Source of the DNA: Phycisphaerales bacterium
GTDB lineage: Bacteria; Planctomycetota; Phycisphaerae; Phycisphaerales; SM1A02
Reading direction: 5' to 3'
Length of the DNA stretch: 64,000 nucleotides
Assembly: GCA_022446965.1 (NCBI GenBank)
Contig: JAKVBV010000011.1
Span: 1,335 to 65,334 of the forward strand
Numbering within the stretch: the first letter of the stretch is position 1; every line of letters begins with the position of its first letter. Position numbers and translations under genes: made by a program. Below, piece by piece: positions 54,815-63,420 of the stretch. Below the pieces are notes generated by a model. That model ran no database searches and was not told the DNA's origin. It saw only the letters and a list, made by a program, of their open reading frames with translations.

Positions 54815-56232
54815 GGTTGCTGACCGCTTTCTTCGGAGAGCGCCGCATTGCGAACAGCTCGAGCCAGACCCGAGAGTTGTGGATGTTGTGGGCTGTGCTG
54901 CAGGCCGGCCATGGCGGCTTCGAAGGCCAATTGCAATTCACCCTTGCGGCGATGTGCTTCACCCAGAATCAACCAGGCACGTGGCGTGGCCGGATGTGAT
55001 TGAGCAACCATGTGTGATTGGGTGATGGCGTTGTCGTATCGCTCCACTTCGATCAGCACGGCTGCGTATTGCAAGCGCTCAAGTGGATCGGTCACGCCCA
55101 GGGCGAAGGCGGTGTCCATCGCGGCAATTGCATCGGTGGGGCGTTTGGCGACCAGATGAATGCGGGCCACCTGCAGGTGGCCATCGGGGACGTCCGGCTG
55201 TGCGTCGGCCGCGGCCATGGCAGCCGTGAGCGCGGGGCCGAGTTGATCATTGGCCCGTAGTGCCATGGAGAGATTTAACTGCGTCATGTAGTCGTCGCGT
55301 GCCACACGGACAGCTTGTCGGGCGACACGAAGCCACGCTGCGGAGTCGTTCCGGCGGCGATGCACATCGCCGAGGCGAGCAAGCAGGCCGATGTCATCGG
55401 GCCATACCTTGAGCGCAGATTGCGCCGTGCGCTGCGCCTTGAGCAGGTCGTTGTCGGCGATGGCGCGATCGATGCGGTCATACTCCGCGTCAAGCCCGTG
55501 CTTGGCATCCAGCAGGGCTGTCGCCCGATCATCGGGGAAGCGTGGCGCTTGAGGATCACCATCACGCAAGAACGGCGCAGCAGCGTCGGCTTGGCCACTG
55601 CGTTGCAAGGCCTGGCCGAGCAGGTAGCGCACGTGCGGGTGGCTAGTGGCTTGCAGCAGCGACTGCAGGGCGGTGGCCGCCTGCTGATGCTCGCCACGTT
55701 CCATCTGGACCCTGGCTTGGCCAAGGCGAGCTGCCGCTGCAGACGGGTCGTGCTTCAGCGCCTCGGTGAATGCGGTCATGGCGTCGTCGGATCGACCCAG
55801 ATCGAGCAGCCACTGGCCGTGTCGCCAATGGGCCGGGGCGTGCGTCGGGTCCAGCGTGATCGATTGGGTCATGGCATCGACGGCGGCCTGTACATCGCCA
55901 CGCTCAGATGCCGCCATGGCGGTGTAGTAGGTCGGTCGCGGGTCGATTGGTGCCATCTGTGACACCTGTGCCCAGGCCGTCGATGCATCGGCGGCCAGGC
56001 CGTTGGCCTGCAGCACCAGAGCGTAGGCAATCCTAGCTTCGGCACTGTCCCCAGCGTCGACAGCCGTTTGATGCGCCTGTTCGATCGCGGATCGCACCAC
56101 CGGATCAGCCGCCTCGATGGTGCTTGATGGGGCGGCTGGAGGCGGGGCGGGCGCATCGCAGCCGGCGAGCATGAGTGTCGCCGTGAGGGCCAGTCCAGCA
56201 GTCGTGAATGAGAAGAGTCGCTCGATCGCCAT
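54811..56232 (-). CDS. TPR-repeat lipoprotein
   Basis: Lipobox 'LTATLMLAGCDAP'. Multiple 34-aa TPR-like units ('AEARIAYALVLQANGLAADA...', 'AWLILGEAHRRKGELQLAFEA'). Confidence 0.8.
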   Translation of the reverse strand: MAIERLFSFTTAGLALTATLMLAGCDAPAPPPAAPSSTIEAADPVVRSAIEQAHQTAVDAGDSAEARIAYALVLQANGLAADASTAWAQVSQMAPIDPRPTYYTAMAASERGDVQAAVDAMTQSITLDPTHAPAHWRHGQWLLDLGRSDDAMTAFTEALKHDPSAAAARLGQARVQMERGEHQQAATALQSLLQATSHPHVRYLLGQALQRSGQADAAAPFLRDGDPQAPRFPDDRATALLDAKHGLDAEYDRIDRAIADNDLLKAQRTAQSALKVWPDDIGLLARLGDVHRRRNDSAAWLRVARQAVRVARDDYMTQLNLSMALRANDQLGPALTAAMAAADAQPDVPDGHLQVARIHLVAKRPTDAIAAMDTAFALGVTDPLERLQYAAVLIEVERYDNAITQSHMVAQSHPATPRAWLILGEAHRRKGELQLAFEAAMAGLQHSPQHPQLSGLARAVRNAALSEESGQQP

Positions 56233-56273
56233 GGCCCCGATGATAGACGCTGACGGTGCTCTAGAATCCCGGC

Positions 56274-57278
56274 ATGGCTCGTGCCCCGCAGACCATCGCG
56301 CCGTATCACGCCGCTGCCATTCAAACCGCGATGCCCTCGCCGTCGCATCGCGATGCCATCCCTGAGCGAATCGAGCACATGCTGACGCTCGCCGGGCAGA
56401 CCATTACCGGATATGAGCCGTTCTTCGACGTGCGGTTGCTCGTGTTTCCTGAATTCGCCCACACGGTGCCGATCCACACCACGCTTGAGCCCATCGTGCG
56501 TGACCTGGCCGTTGAGCTGGATGACACCATGCTTGACCCCTACGCCAGGTTCTGCGCCCAGCACGGGTGCTGGATTCAAACGGGCAGTTTTCTCGAGGTG
56601 GATCCGGCGGTCGGCCGTGACGTCGTCTTCAACACCACGGTGCTCATGGGGCCCGACGGAATCGAGTTCACCTATCGCAAGCTCAATCCATGGATCCCGT
56701 GGGAGATCCATGCTTCGCCCCATGATGTCGATCCTGCCGGTGACCATCTGCCTGTCGCCCACACCGAGATCGGGTCCATTGGTGTGGCCATCTGCTACGA
56801 CTGGCTCTTCCCGGAGGTCCTGCGTGAACTGCGGCACAAGGGTGCCGAAGTGTTGTGCAGGGTGAGCGCCTACATGGATCCGTGGGGGGCCACCCCGCCG
56901 ATGGACTGGTGGACCCTGTTCAACAGGGCCAGGGCCGCCGAGAACACCTGCTTCGTGGTGGCCGCCAACCAAGGGGCACACATGGACCAGTACCCGCCGT
57001 TCTCCTGGCCTGGTGGATCCATGGTGGTCGACTTTGACGGGCGCGTATTGGCCCAGGCAGATCCAGGCCCGGGAGAGAAGGTGGTGGTGGCACCCATTGA
57101 TGTGATGGCATTGCGTGCGGCGCGCGACCGGCGACGTGGCCATGACATGGCGGCGCATCACCGAGGCACCGCCTACCCGTATGCACGCCAAGCAGGCTTT
57201 CCCCCGGCCACCGATCATCCCATCAGTGTCGAGTCACTTGACGCCCGCATCGCCCAGGCCAAGGAGCGGCCATCGTGA
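56274..57278 (+). CDS. carbon-nitrogen hydrolase (nitrilase superfamily; amidase/formamidase-like)
   Basis: Putative Glu-Lys-Cys triad contexts: 'LLVFPEF', 'FTYRKLNPW' and 'IGVAICYDWLFPE'. Confidence 0.85.
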   Translation: MARAPQTIAPYHAAAIQTAMPSPSHRDAIPERIEHMLTLAGQTITGYEPFFDVRLLVFPEFAHTVPIHTTLEPIVRDLAVELDDTMLDPYARFCAQHGCWIQTGSFLEVDPAVGRDVVFNTTVLMGPDGIEFTYRKLNPWIPWEIHASPHDVDPAGDHLPVAHTEIGSIGVAICYDWLFPEVLRELRHKGAEVLCRVSAYMDPWGATPPMDWWTLFNRARAAENTCFVVAANQGAHMDQYPPFSWPGGSMVVDFDGRVLAQADPGPGEKVVVAPIDVMALRAARDRRRGHDMAAHHRGTAYPYARQAGFPPATDHPISVESLDARIAQAKERPS

Positions 57279-57289
57279 ACCATCGTGAA
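57270..57289 (+). repeat. perfect 10-bp tandem duplication CCATCGTGAA x2 spanning the stop/start junction
   Basis: Read directly: ...ggC CATCGTGAAC CATCGTGAAt... The first copy holds the GTGA stop/start overlap of the two genes. Confidence 0.9.
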
Positions 57290-60200
57290 TTGCTGTGTGT
57301 CGGACTTGTGCTCTCCACCTCGCTGGTGAGTGGATGCAGCGATCCGCCGCCACCACCAGATCCACCCCAGCCAGCACCCACCGCCGAGGTTGATGTGGCA
57401 GTGCACAACGCCGCAGTGGCGGCCATGGGGCGGTACGACTACGCCGAAGCCTTCGAGTTGCTTGTCGAACTGGATCAACGGTATCCCCGGTGGCCAGATG
57501 GGCAGGTCGATCTGGCCATCGCTCAATTGAACAGGCAACGTGAAGGGGATGAAGCCGCTGCGTTGATCCGTGCCCAAGCGGTGCAGGCCATTGCGTCGGA
57601 CAATCTCAGAGCGTGGTACGTGTCCGGGTTGCTCCGCATGAACGCTGGAGATGCGCAAGGGGCATTGGCCGACTTCATGCGGGTGGCCGAGGCCGACTCG
57701 ACTGATGCCTACGCCGCGTACTACAACGGACAAGCATTGAGCCAACTCGGTCAACCAGACCAGGCCTTGCCGTGGTTCGAGCGTGCCATCGACATCAATC
57801 CGTATCTGCGGTCCAGCTACTACGCCGCCTCACAAGCAGCCCGTCGCTGTGGCGACAGCGCTGCGGCCGATGCCCACCTCGCCGCGTTTCAACGCATGGA
57901 ACACAACCCTCGCGCGCAATTGGCAGAGCTCAAGTACACCCGCATGGGCCCCAAGGCGAACGTGTCGTCCATCGCAGGTCCGCAGCATGTGGGCGTCGTG
58001 CCTGACGGGCCGTTGTTCAATACGGTGGAGGTCATTGCAGGCATCCAGAGTGCCGGCCAGTGGGCTTCATTGGCCGCTACCCGCGTCCTGGATCGGCCTG
58101 TGGTCCTGGCCTGTGGTGACAGCGGCCTCGTGCTTCTGCATCGCACAGGTGACCAGTGGGCGACCACCCCTTGGCCTGAACAGGTGGACGATGTCCGCGG
58201 TGCGATGTTCGGTGATGTGAATGATGACGGCCATGTCGATGCCGTACTGCTGCGTGATGGCCCGGATCAACTGTGGCTCGGTGGAGAAGGCCTTCGATTC
58301 ACCTGTGATGAACGATTCGTGAATGTTCTGCAAGACGCCACGGCAGATGGTGCCCTCTTCGATGCGGATCATGATGGTGACCTCGATGTACTCACCCTGA
58401 CCGATGACGGTGTGCTGCACCTGCTGAACAACAACGGCAATGGCACATGGCGTGACATCTCGTCTGAGGCGTGGGGCAATCAGCAGCGGTCCAGCGGTGG
58501 GCGGCAGGTGGTGATTGCGGATCTCGATGCCGATCTCGACAGCGACGTGATCGTGGTTCGTGACGACGGCTGCGAGGTGTGGGTGAACGATCGCCTGTGG
58601 GCATGGCGGGCGTCGCCGGATGTATACGACGCATTCGCATGCACCGTGCCTGAGGCGCTGATCGCCTCGGACATCGATGCCGATGGTGTCGTGGATCTCG
58701 TGGCGTGCAGCTCGGATGGGGTGCAGGCATGGTCGCGCACCATGGTTGGATTCACAGCGAGGCCGTGCTTTGGTGATGCGGCCTGCAGCGGGACCGCCAT
58801 GGCGATCGTCGACATGGATGGCGATGGCGCTGTGGACCTCGTGCACGCTGGCGATGGTCGCCGCATTGGAGTGACACGCCATGACGGCACCACCGTGGGC
58901 GATACCAACATGCCGCCGATCTGGACCGTGGTCAACACGGTGCAGGGCGAAGGCGTATCGCTGATCGGAATCGATGAGGCAGGCGATGTACACATGGCCG
59001 CGCCGGGCGCTGGTCGGTTCACGTTCGTGGATGTGCAGCTGGCCGGTCGAATTGACGAAGGACAGTCGATGCGATCCAATGCCAGTGGGATCGGCGCGAC
59101 GATCGCAGCGCGGAGCGGCTTGCGTTGGACGATGGCCGGAGGCGTACGTGCCACCGCCGGGCCAGGGCAGAATCTGCAACCTCTGGCCATCGGTCTGGGC
59201 GGTGCACCTGCGCTGGATTTCGTGTCCATCGACTGGACAGACGGCGTGTTCCAGACCGAGGCGATGGTGGCGCCCGGGCAGATGCACACGATCGTTGAGA
59301 CGCAGCGTCAGCTCAGTTCATGTCCTGTGATCTTTGGTTTCAACGGCACGGAAATGGCGTTCATCACCGATTGCCTGGGTGTTGGTGGCATCGGCTTCTT
59401 CTTGGCGCCCGACACCTTCGCCCCGTCTCGTGGGCATGAACGGGTGTTGTTACCCGATGGGGCGCTGCAGCCACGCCATGGCCGGATCGATGTGGTCATC
59501 GCCGAGCCCATGCAGGAGACGTGCTACCTCGACGATGTGTCGCTGTTGGCGGTCGACGTCCCTGACGGGTGGGAGGTGCTGCCGGATGAACGGATGGGCA
59601 CCGGCGGCGACGAGCCGACAGGGGAACTGCTCTTCAGCCGACACTCAATGCAGCCGACGGTGGTTCGCACCGACGATGATCGCGATGTGACCGCTGCAGT
59701 GCTGGAGGTTGATGGTGTGCCTGCCGATCCAGGTCCACTGCATCGTCGGTTCATCGGTCGGACGGTCGATCCGCTCGTGTTCACCGCTTGGTTCGATGCG
59801 GCTCTGGATTCGCATGTCGGCACACCACTGATGGTGATCGATGGGTGGGTGGAGTACCCCTACGGCCAGACCATGTTCGCTGCGTGGCAGGCCAAAGTCG
59901 CCTACGACCCGATCAGCGTGGAGGTGCAACTGCCCGGAGGGCTGTGGGTTCAAGTCGCGGATCGTGTGGGCTACCCCGCAGGCATGCCGCGCACCATGGT
60001 GCTGCCACTGCATGATCTGCCCAAGGGGGCTCACAATCTGCGCGTGCGAACCACATTGGCCATGTCGGTGGACGCCATTCGGATCGCTTGGTCTGAACCA
60101 TGTGCAGCGGCGCATGTGACGACGTGCGTTCCAGCCTTTGCCGAGCTCTTTGATGCGGGATTCCCACGGGCGTGGCACGACACGCATGGGCGTCCGCAGT

Positions 60201-60532
60201 TCGATTGGCATGATCGATCGCCGTGGTGGGATACCCGCACACAGCGTGGTCTGTATTCAGCCATGGGCGACGTGCGGCAATTGGTGCGCGACCGCGACGG
60301 CGTGCAGGCCGTTTTCGGTGCCGGTGATGCTGTTGCACTGCAGTTCGACTCGCCGCCAGATGCAAGCACGGGGTTCACCCGTCAATGGGTGCTCGATGTG
60401 GGCGGGTGGGCCAAGGACATGGATCTCATGACACGCACCGGAGCAACAGTGGCTCCACTGCCTGGGCGACGCGATGCCCACGGGCAGGCGCTGCAGGAGG
60501 CCACGCAGACCCGCTGGCGTGATGGCCGCTGA
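57275..60532 (+). CDS. TPR + FG-GAP/VCBS + ASPIC/UnbV lipoprotein with about 400-aa C-terminal extension
   Basis: Lipobox 'LSTSLVSGCSD'. N-terminal TPR units. Repeats 'GDVNDDGHVDAVLL', 'DADHDGDLDVLTL' and 'DMDGDGAVDLVHA'. UnbV-like 'SNASGIGATIAARSGLRW...LAIGLGGAPALDFVSIDWTDG'. GTG start. Confidence 0.85.
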   Translation: MNHRELLCVGLVLSTSLVSGCSDPPPPPDPPQPAPTAEVDVAVHNAAVAAMGRYDYAEAFELLVELDQRYPRWPDGQVDLAIAQLNRQREGDEAAALIRAQAVQAIASDNLRAWYVSGLLRMNAGDAQGALADFMRVAEADSTDAYAAYYNGQALSQLGQPDQALPWFERAIDINPYLRSSYYAASQAARRCGDSAAADAHLAAFQRMEHNPRAQLAELKYTRMGPKANVSSIAGPQHVGVVPDGPLFNTVEVIAGIQSAGQWASLAATRVLDRPVVLACGDSGLVLLHRTGDQWATTPWPEQVDDVRGAMFGDVNDDGHVDAVLLRDGPDQLWLGGEGLRFTCDERFVNVLQDATADGALFDADHDGDLDVLTLTDDGVLHLLNNNGNGTWRDISSEAWGNQQRSSGGRQVVIADLDADLDSDVIVVRDDGCEVWVNDRLWAWRASPDVYDAFACTVPEALIASDIDADGVVDLVACSSDGVQAWSRTMVGFTARPCFGDAACSGTAMAIVDMDGDGAVDLVHAGDGRRIGVTRHDGTTVGDTNMPPIWTVVNTVQGEGVSLIGIDEAGDVHMAAPGAGRFTFVDVQLAGRIDEGQSMRSNASGIGATIAARSGLRWTMAGGVRATAGPGQNLQPLAIGLGGAPALDFVSIDWTDGVFQTEAMVAPGQMHTIVETQRQLSSCPVIFGFNGTEMAFITDCLGVGGIGFFLAPDTFAPSRGHERVLLPDGALQPRHGRIDVVIAEPMQETCYLDDVSLLAVDVPDGWEVLPDERMGTGGDEPTGELLFSRHSMQPTVVRTDDDRDVTAAVLEVDGVPADPGPLHRRFIGRTVDPLVFTAWFDAALDSHVGTPLMVIDGWVEYPYGQTMFAAWQAKVAYDPISVEVQLPGGLWVQVADRVGYPAGMPRTMVLPLHDLPKGAHNLRVRTTLAMSVDAIRIAWSEPCAAAHVTTCVPAFAELFDAGFPRAWHDTHGRPQFDWHDRSPWWDTRTQRGLYSAMGDVRQLVRDRDGVQAVFGAGDAVALQFDSPPDASTGFTRQWVLDVGGWAKDMDLMTRTGATVAPLPGRRDAHGQALQEATQTRWRDGR

Positions 60533-60554
60533 TCGGGTTTCTGGTGTGAAAATC

Positions 60555-60571
60555 GACGGTCCTCGACCGTC
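60555..60571 (+). terminator. short perfect hairpin between the 1085-aa gene and the cytochrome gene
   Basis: GACGGTC-ctc-GACCGTC (7-bp stem), 22 nt after the stop and 47 nt before ATG 60619. No T-tract, so it could be an attenuator or processing site rather than a terminator. Confidence 0.3.
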
Positions 60572-60618
60572 ATTTGACCGAAGACTGTTGTTTGAGGCGA
60601 TCATCTGCCTTGGACAAC

Positions 60619-63420
60619 ATGCCCAACGATCACGCAGCATCTGAGACTCCTCTTCACGCCCGGCCTCGCCGTCGACGGCCTGATCCGGTGCTCCCCCCGT
60701 GGTTGGCACGTGTGCTGGCCGTGGTGCTGGCACTCTTCGCTCTGCTGGTGGTGAACTCCATCTATCTGGTGGGTGTTCGCGTGCTGGGATTGGCCACCGG
60801 CGAAACGCATGAGAACTGGTTCTATCTGGTGATGTTTATGGCCCACCTCGTGCTGGGCCTGTTCTTGTTGGTCCCCTTCGTGTGCTTCGGGATCGGGCAC
60901 ATGAAGCGAGGGCGCCGCCATCCCAACAAGCGGGCGGCGAAGGTCGGCTATGGCCTGCTCATCACCTCAATCATCGTGTTGCTCACGGGCATCGTGCTGA
61001 TGCGCATTGACGGTGTCATCGTGATCAAGGATCCCGTCATTCGCGACATCTTTTGGTGGCTGCATGTCGTGGCCCCGCTGGTGGCGGTGTGGTTGTATCT
61101 CTTGCACCGTCTCGTGGGCGTGCCAATGCGCTGGCGCGTTGGTGCGGCTTGGGCGGGCCTGGGCACGGTGCTCGCCGTGGTCATGGTGCTGCTGCAGTCG
61201 CAAGATCCAAGGGCCTGGAACACCGTGGGCAATCCCGACGGGGACGAGTACTTCTTTCCCTCTTTGGCTCGGACCGTCACCGGAGACTTCATCCCCGCTG
61301 ATGTGCTGCAGAACGATGAGTACTGCCTGCAATGTCATGCGGACATCCACGACAGTTGGATGCACTCGGTTCACAAGTTCAGTTCGTTCAACAATCCGGC
61401 ATATCTCTTCTCCGTCACGGAAACGCGCGAGAACGCGATGGAGGAAGACGGCAACGTGAATGCCAGTCGCTTCTGTGCCGGCTGCCACGATCCCGTGCCG
61501 TTCTTCAGCGGTGCATTCAACGATCCGAACTACGACATGGTGGACGATCCCACGGCCCACGCGGGCATCACGTGCACCGTGTGTCACAGCATCACCCATA
61601 TCAACTCACCGAGGGGCAATGCTGATTACACGATCGACGAACCGCCGCACTATCCCTTCGCGTTCAGCGATGAGCCGGTGTTGCAGTGGATCAACCAGCA
61701 GCTGGTGAAGGCCAAGCCGGAGTTTCACCGCAAAACATTCATGAAGCCACTGCATCGCACGGAGATGTTCTGCGGGACATGCCACAAGGTGCACCTGCCC
61801 GAAGAACTCAACAAGTACAAGTGGTTGCGCGGGCAGGACCATCAAGACGCATTTCGCTTGTCAGGCGTGTCGGGGCACGGCATCACGAGTTTCTACTACC
61901 CGCCCGTGGCGCATGTGAACTGCAACGATTGCCACATGCCGCTGATGGCGTCTGACGACTTCGGTGCTGCGGTGCGTGATGACAGTGGCGAACTCAAGGT
62001 GCACGATCACATGTTCCCCTCGGCGAACACGGCGATCCCCACCATGGTGACGATGCCGCGCAGTGAGGAGGCCATCGCCAAGCACCGCGACTTCCTCGAG
62101 GGTGTGATGCGGCTGGACCTCTTCGCCATTCATGAAGACGGCGAATTGGCCGGCGAACTGCATGCACCGCTCGACGAGACACTGCCCGTGCTTGAGCCCG
62201 GTGGGGCGTACGTGCTTGATGCCGTCATTCGCACGGTGAAGATGGGGCACATCTTCACTCAAGGCACGGCTGACTCCAATCAAGTGTGGATGGATGTCAC
62301 GATTCGGTGTGGTGACCGGATCATCGGCCGCAGTGGCGACATGACGGCTGACGGGCAGGTCGACCCATGGAGCCACTTCGTCAACGCATTCGTCATCGAC
62401 CGTGACGGCAACCGGATCAACCGTCGCAATGCGCAGGACATATTCACGTCGCTCTACAACCACCAGATTCCGCCAGGGGCAGCGGATGTGATCCACTATG
62501 GATTCGAAGTGCCGGCCGACTGCGACGAACCCATCACGATCGAGGCTGCACTGAAGTACCGCAAGTTCGACACCGAGTACATGCGGCTCGTGCACGATGA
62601 TCCAGACTGGAACAACGATCTCCCTATCACCGTCCTGGCGACCGACACGATCACATTGCCCGTGGCCGGTGGAGAGACGATCACGCCTGATCGCGGTTCG
62701 CCCGTGCCGGCGTGGCAACGATGGAACGACTACGGCATCGGGTTGTTCCGCAAAGGGGGCCAGGGGGAGCTTCGTGCTGCCGAGCATGCGTTCGGCCAGG
62801 TGGAAGCGTTGGGTCGATCGGAAGGACCGATCAATCTCGCCCGGGTATATCTCAAGGATGGCCAGGTCACAGAAGCAGCGCCGGCCGCCCTGGCTCGCGG
62901 CGCGGAGATGGATCATGCCGCCCGTGAGTGGCACCTGTTGTGGTTCGGTGGTCAGGTGGACCGCCAGAATGGCCGGCTCGATGCGGCCATCGACAAGTAC
63001 CGCCAGATTCTCGAAGGTGGCTTCGCTCAAGCGCAAGGTCGTGGCTTCGACTTCACGGAAGACTGGCGGGTACTCAACGAGTTCGCGTCGACCTTGTATC
63101 AACGTGCCCGTCGCGCACGTGGTTCCGATGCCGAGGCGCAGCGTACGGCGCTGCTGCACGAGGCCCGCGACATCTATGCCCAATCGCTGACGCTCGATCC
63201 GGAGAGTGCTGCCGCCCATCACGGGCTGTCTCTGGTGTATCGCGATCTCGGCGATACGGCCTTGGCGCAGCAGCATCAGCAGCTGCACGCTCGGTACAAG
63301 ATTGACGACAATGCCCGCGATCACGCGGTGTCTGAAGCACGCCGCAAGTATCCCGCAGCCAACGAGGCCGCCGAGCCGGTGATGATCTACGACCTGCAGC
63401 GAGAGCCCAAGGCCCTGTGA
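60619..63420 (+). CDS. membrane-anchored multiheme (5 x CxxCH) cytochrome c with C-terminal TPR domain
   Basis: About 5 N-terminal TM helices with paired His ('AHLVLG...GIGH', 'WLHVV...LLHRL'). Heme motifs 'CLQCH', 'CAGCH', 'CTVCH', 'CGTCH' and 'CNDCH'. C-terminal TPR ('AAHHGLSLVYRDLGDTALAQQHQ'). ATG 60619; the track start at 60574 is TTG. Confidence 0.85.
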   Translation: MPNDHAASETPLHARPRRRRPDPVLPPWLARVLAVVLALFALLVVNSIYLVGVRVLGLATGETHENWFYLVMFMAHLVLGLFLLVPFVCFGIGHMKRGRRHPNKRAAKVGYGLLITSIIVLLTGIVLMRIDGVIVIKDPVIRDIFWWLHVVAPLVAVWLYLLHRLVGVPMRWRVGAAWAGLGTVLAVVMVLLQSQDPRAWNTVGNPDGDEYFFPSLARTVTGDFIPADVLQNDEYCLQCHADIHDSWMHSVHKFSSFNNPAYLFSVTETRENAMEEDGNVNASRFCAGCHDPVPFFSGAFNDPNYDMVDDPTAHAGITCTVCHSITHINSPRGNADYTIDEPPHYPFAFSDEPVLQWINQQLVKAKPEFHRKTFMKPLHRTEMFCGTCHKVHLPEELNKYKWLRGQDHQDAFRLSGVSGHGITSFYYPPVAHVNCNDCHMPLMASDDFGAAVRDDSGELKVHDHMFPSANTAIPTMVTMPRSEEAIAKHRDFLEGVMRLDLFAIHEDGELAGELHAPLDETLPVLEPGGAYVLDAVIRTVKMGHIFTQGTADSNQVWMDVTIRCGDRIIGRSGDMTADGQVDPWSHFVNAFVIDRDGNRINRRNAQDIFTSLYNHQIPPGAADVIHYGFEVPADCDEPITIEAALKYRKFDTEYMRLVHDDPDWNNDLPITVLATDTITLPVAGGETITPDRGSPVPAWQRWNDYGIGLFRKGGQGELRAAEHAFGQVEALGRSEGPINLARVYLKDGQVTEAAPAALARGAEMDHAAREWHLLWFGGQVDRQNGRLDAAIDKYRQILEGGFAQAQGRGFDFTEDWRVLNEFASTLYQRARRARGSDAEAQRTALLHEARDIYAQSLTLDPESAAAHHGLSLVYRDLGDTALAQQHQQLHARYKIDDNARDHAVSEARRKYPAANEAAEPVMIYDLQREPKAL

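Noticed and set aside
56233-56273. TAGAAT -10-like hexamer 6 nt upstream of the hydrolase ATG (possible leaderless promoter in the 41-bp divergent spacer)
   Set aside because: There is no matching -35 element at 16-18 bp, and promoter consensus for this lineage is unknown. This is too speculative to annotate without TSS data.
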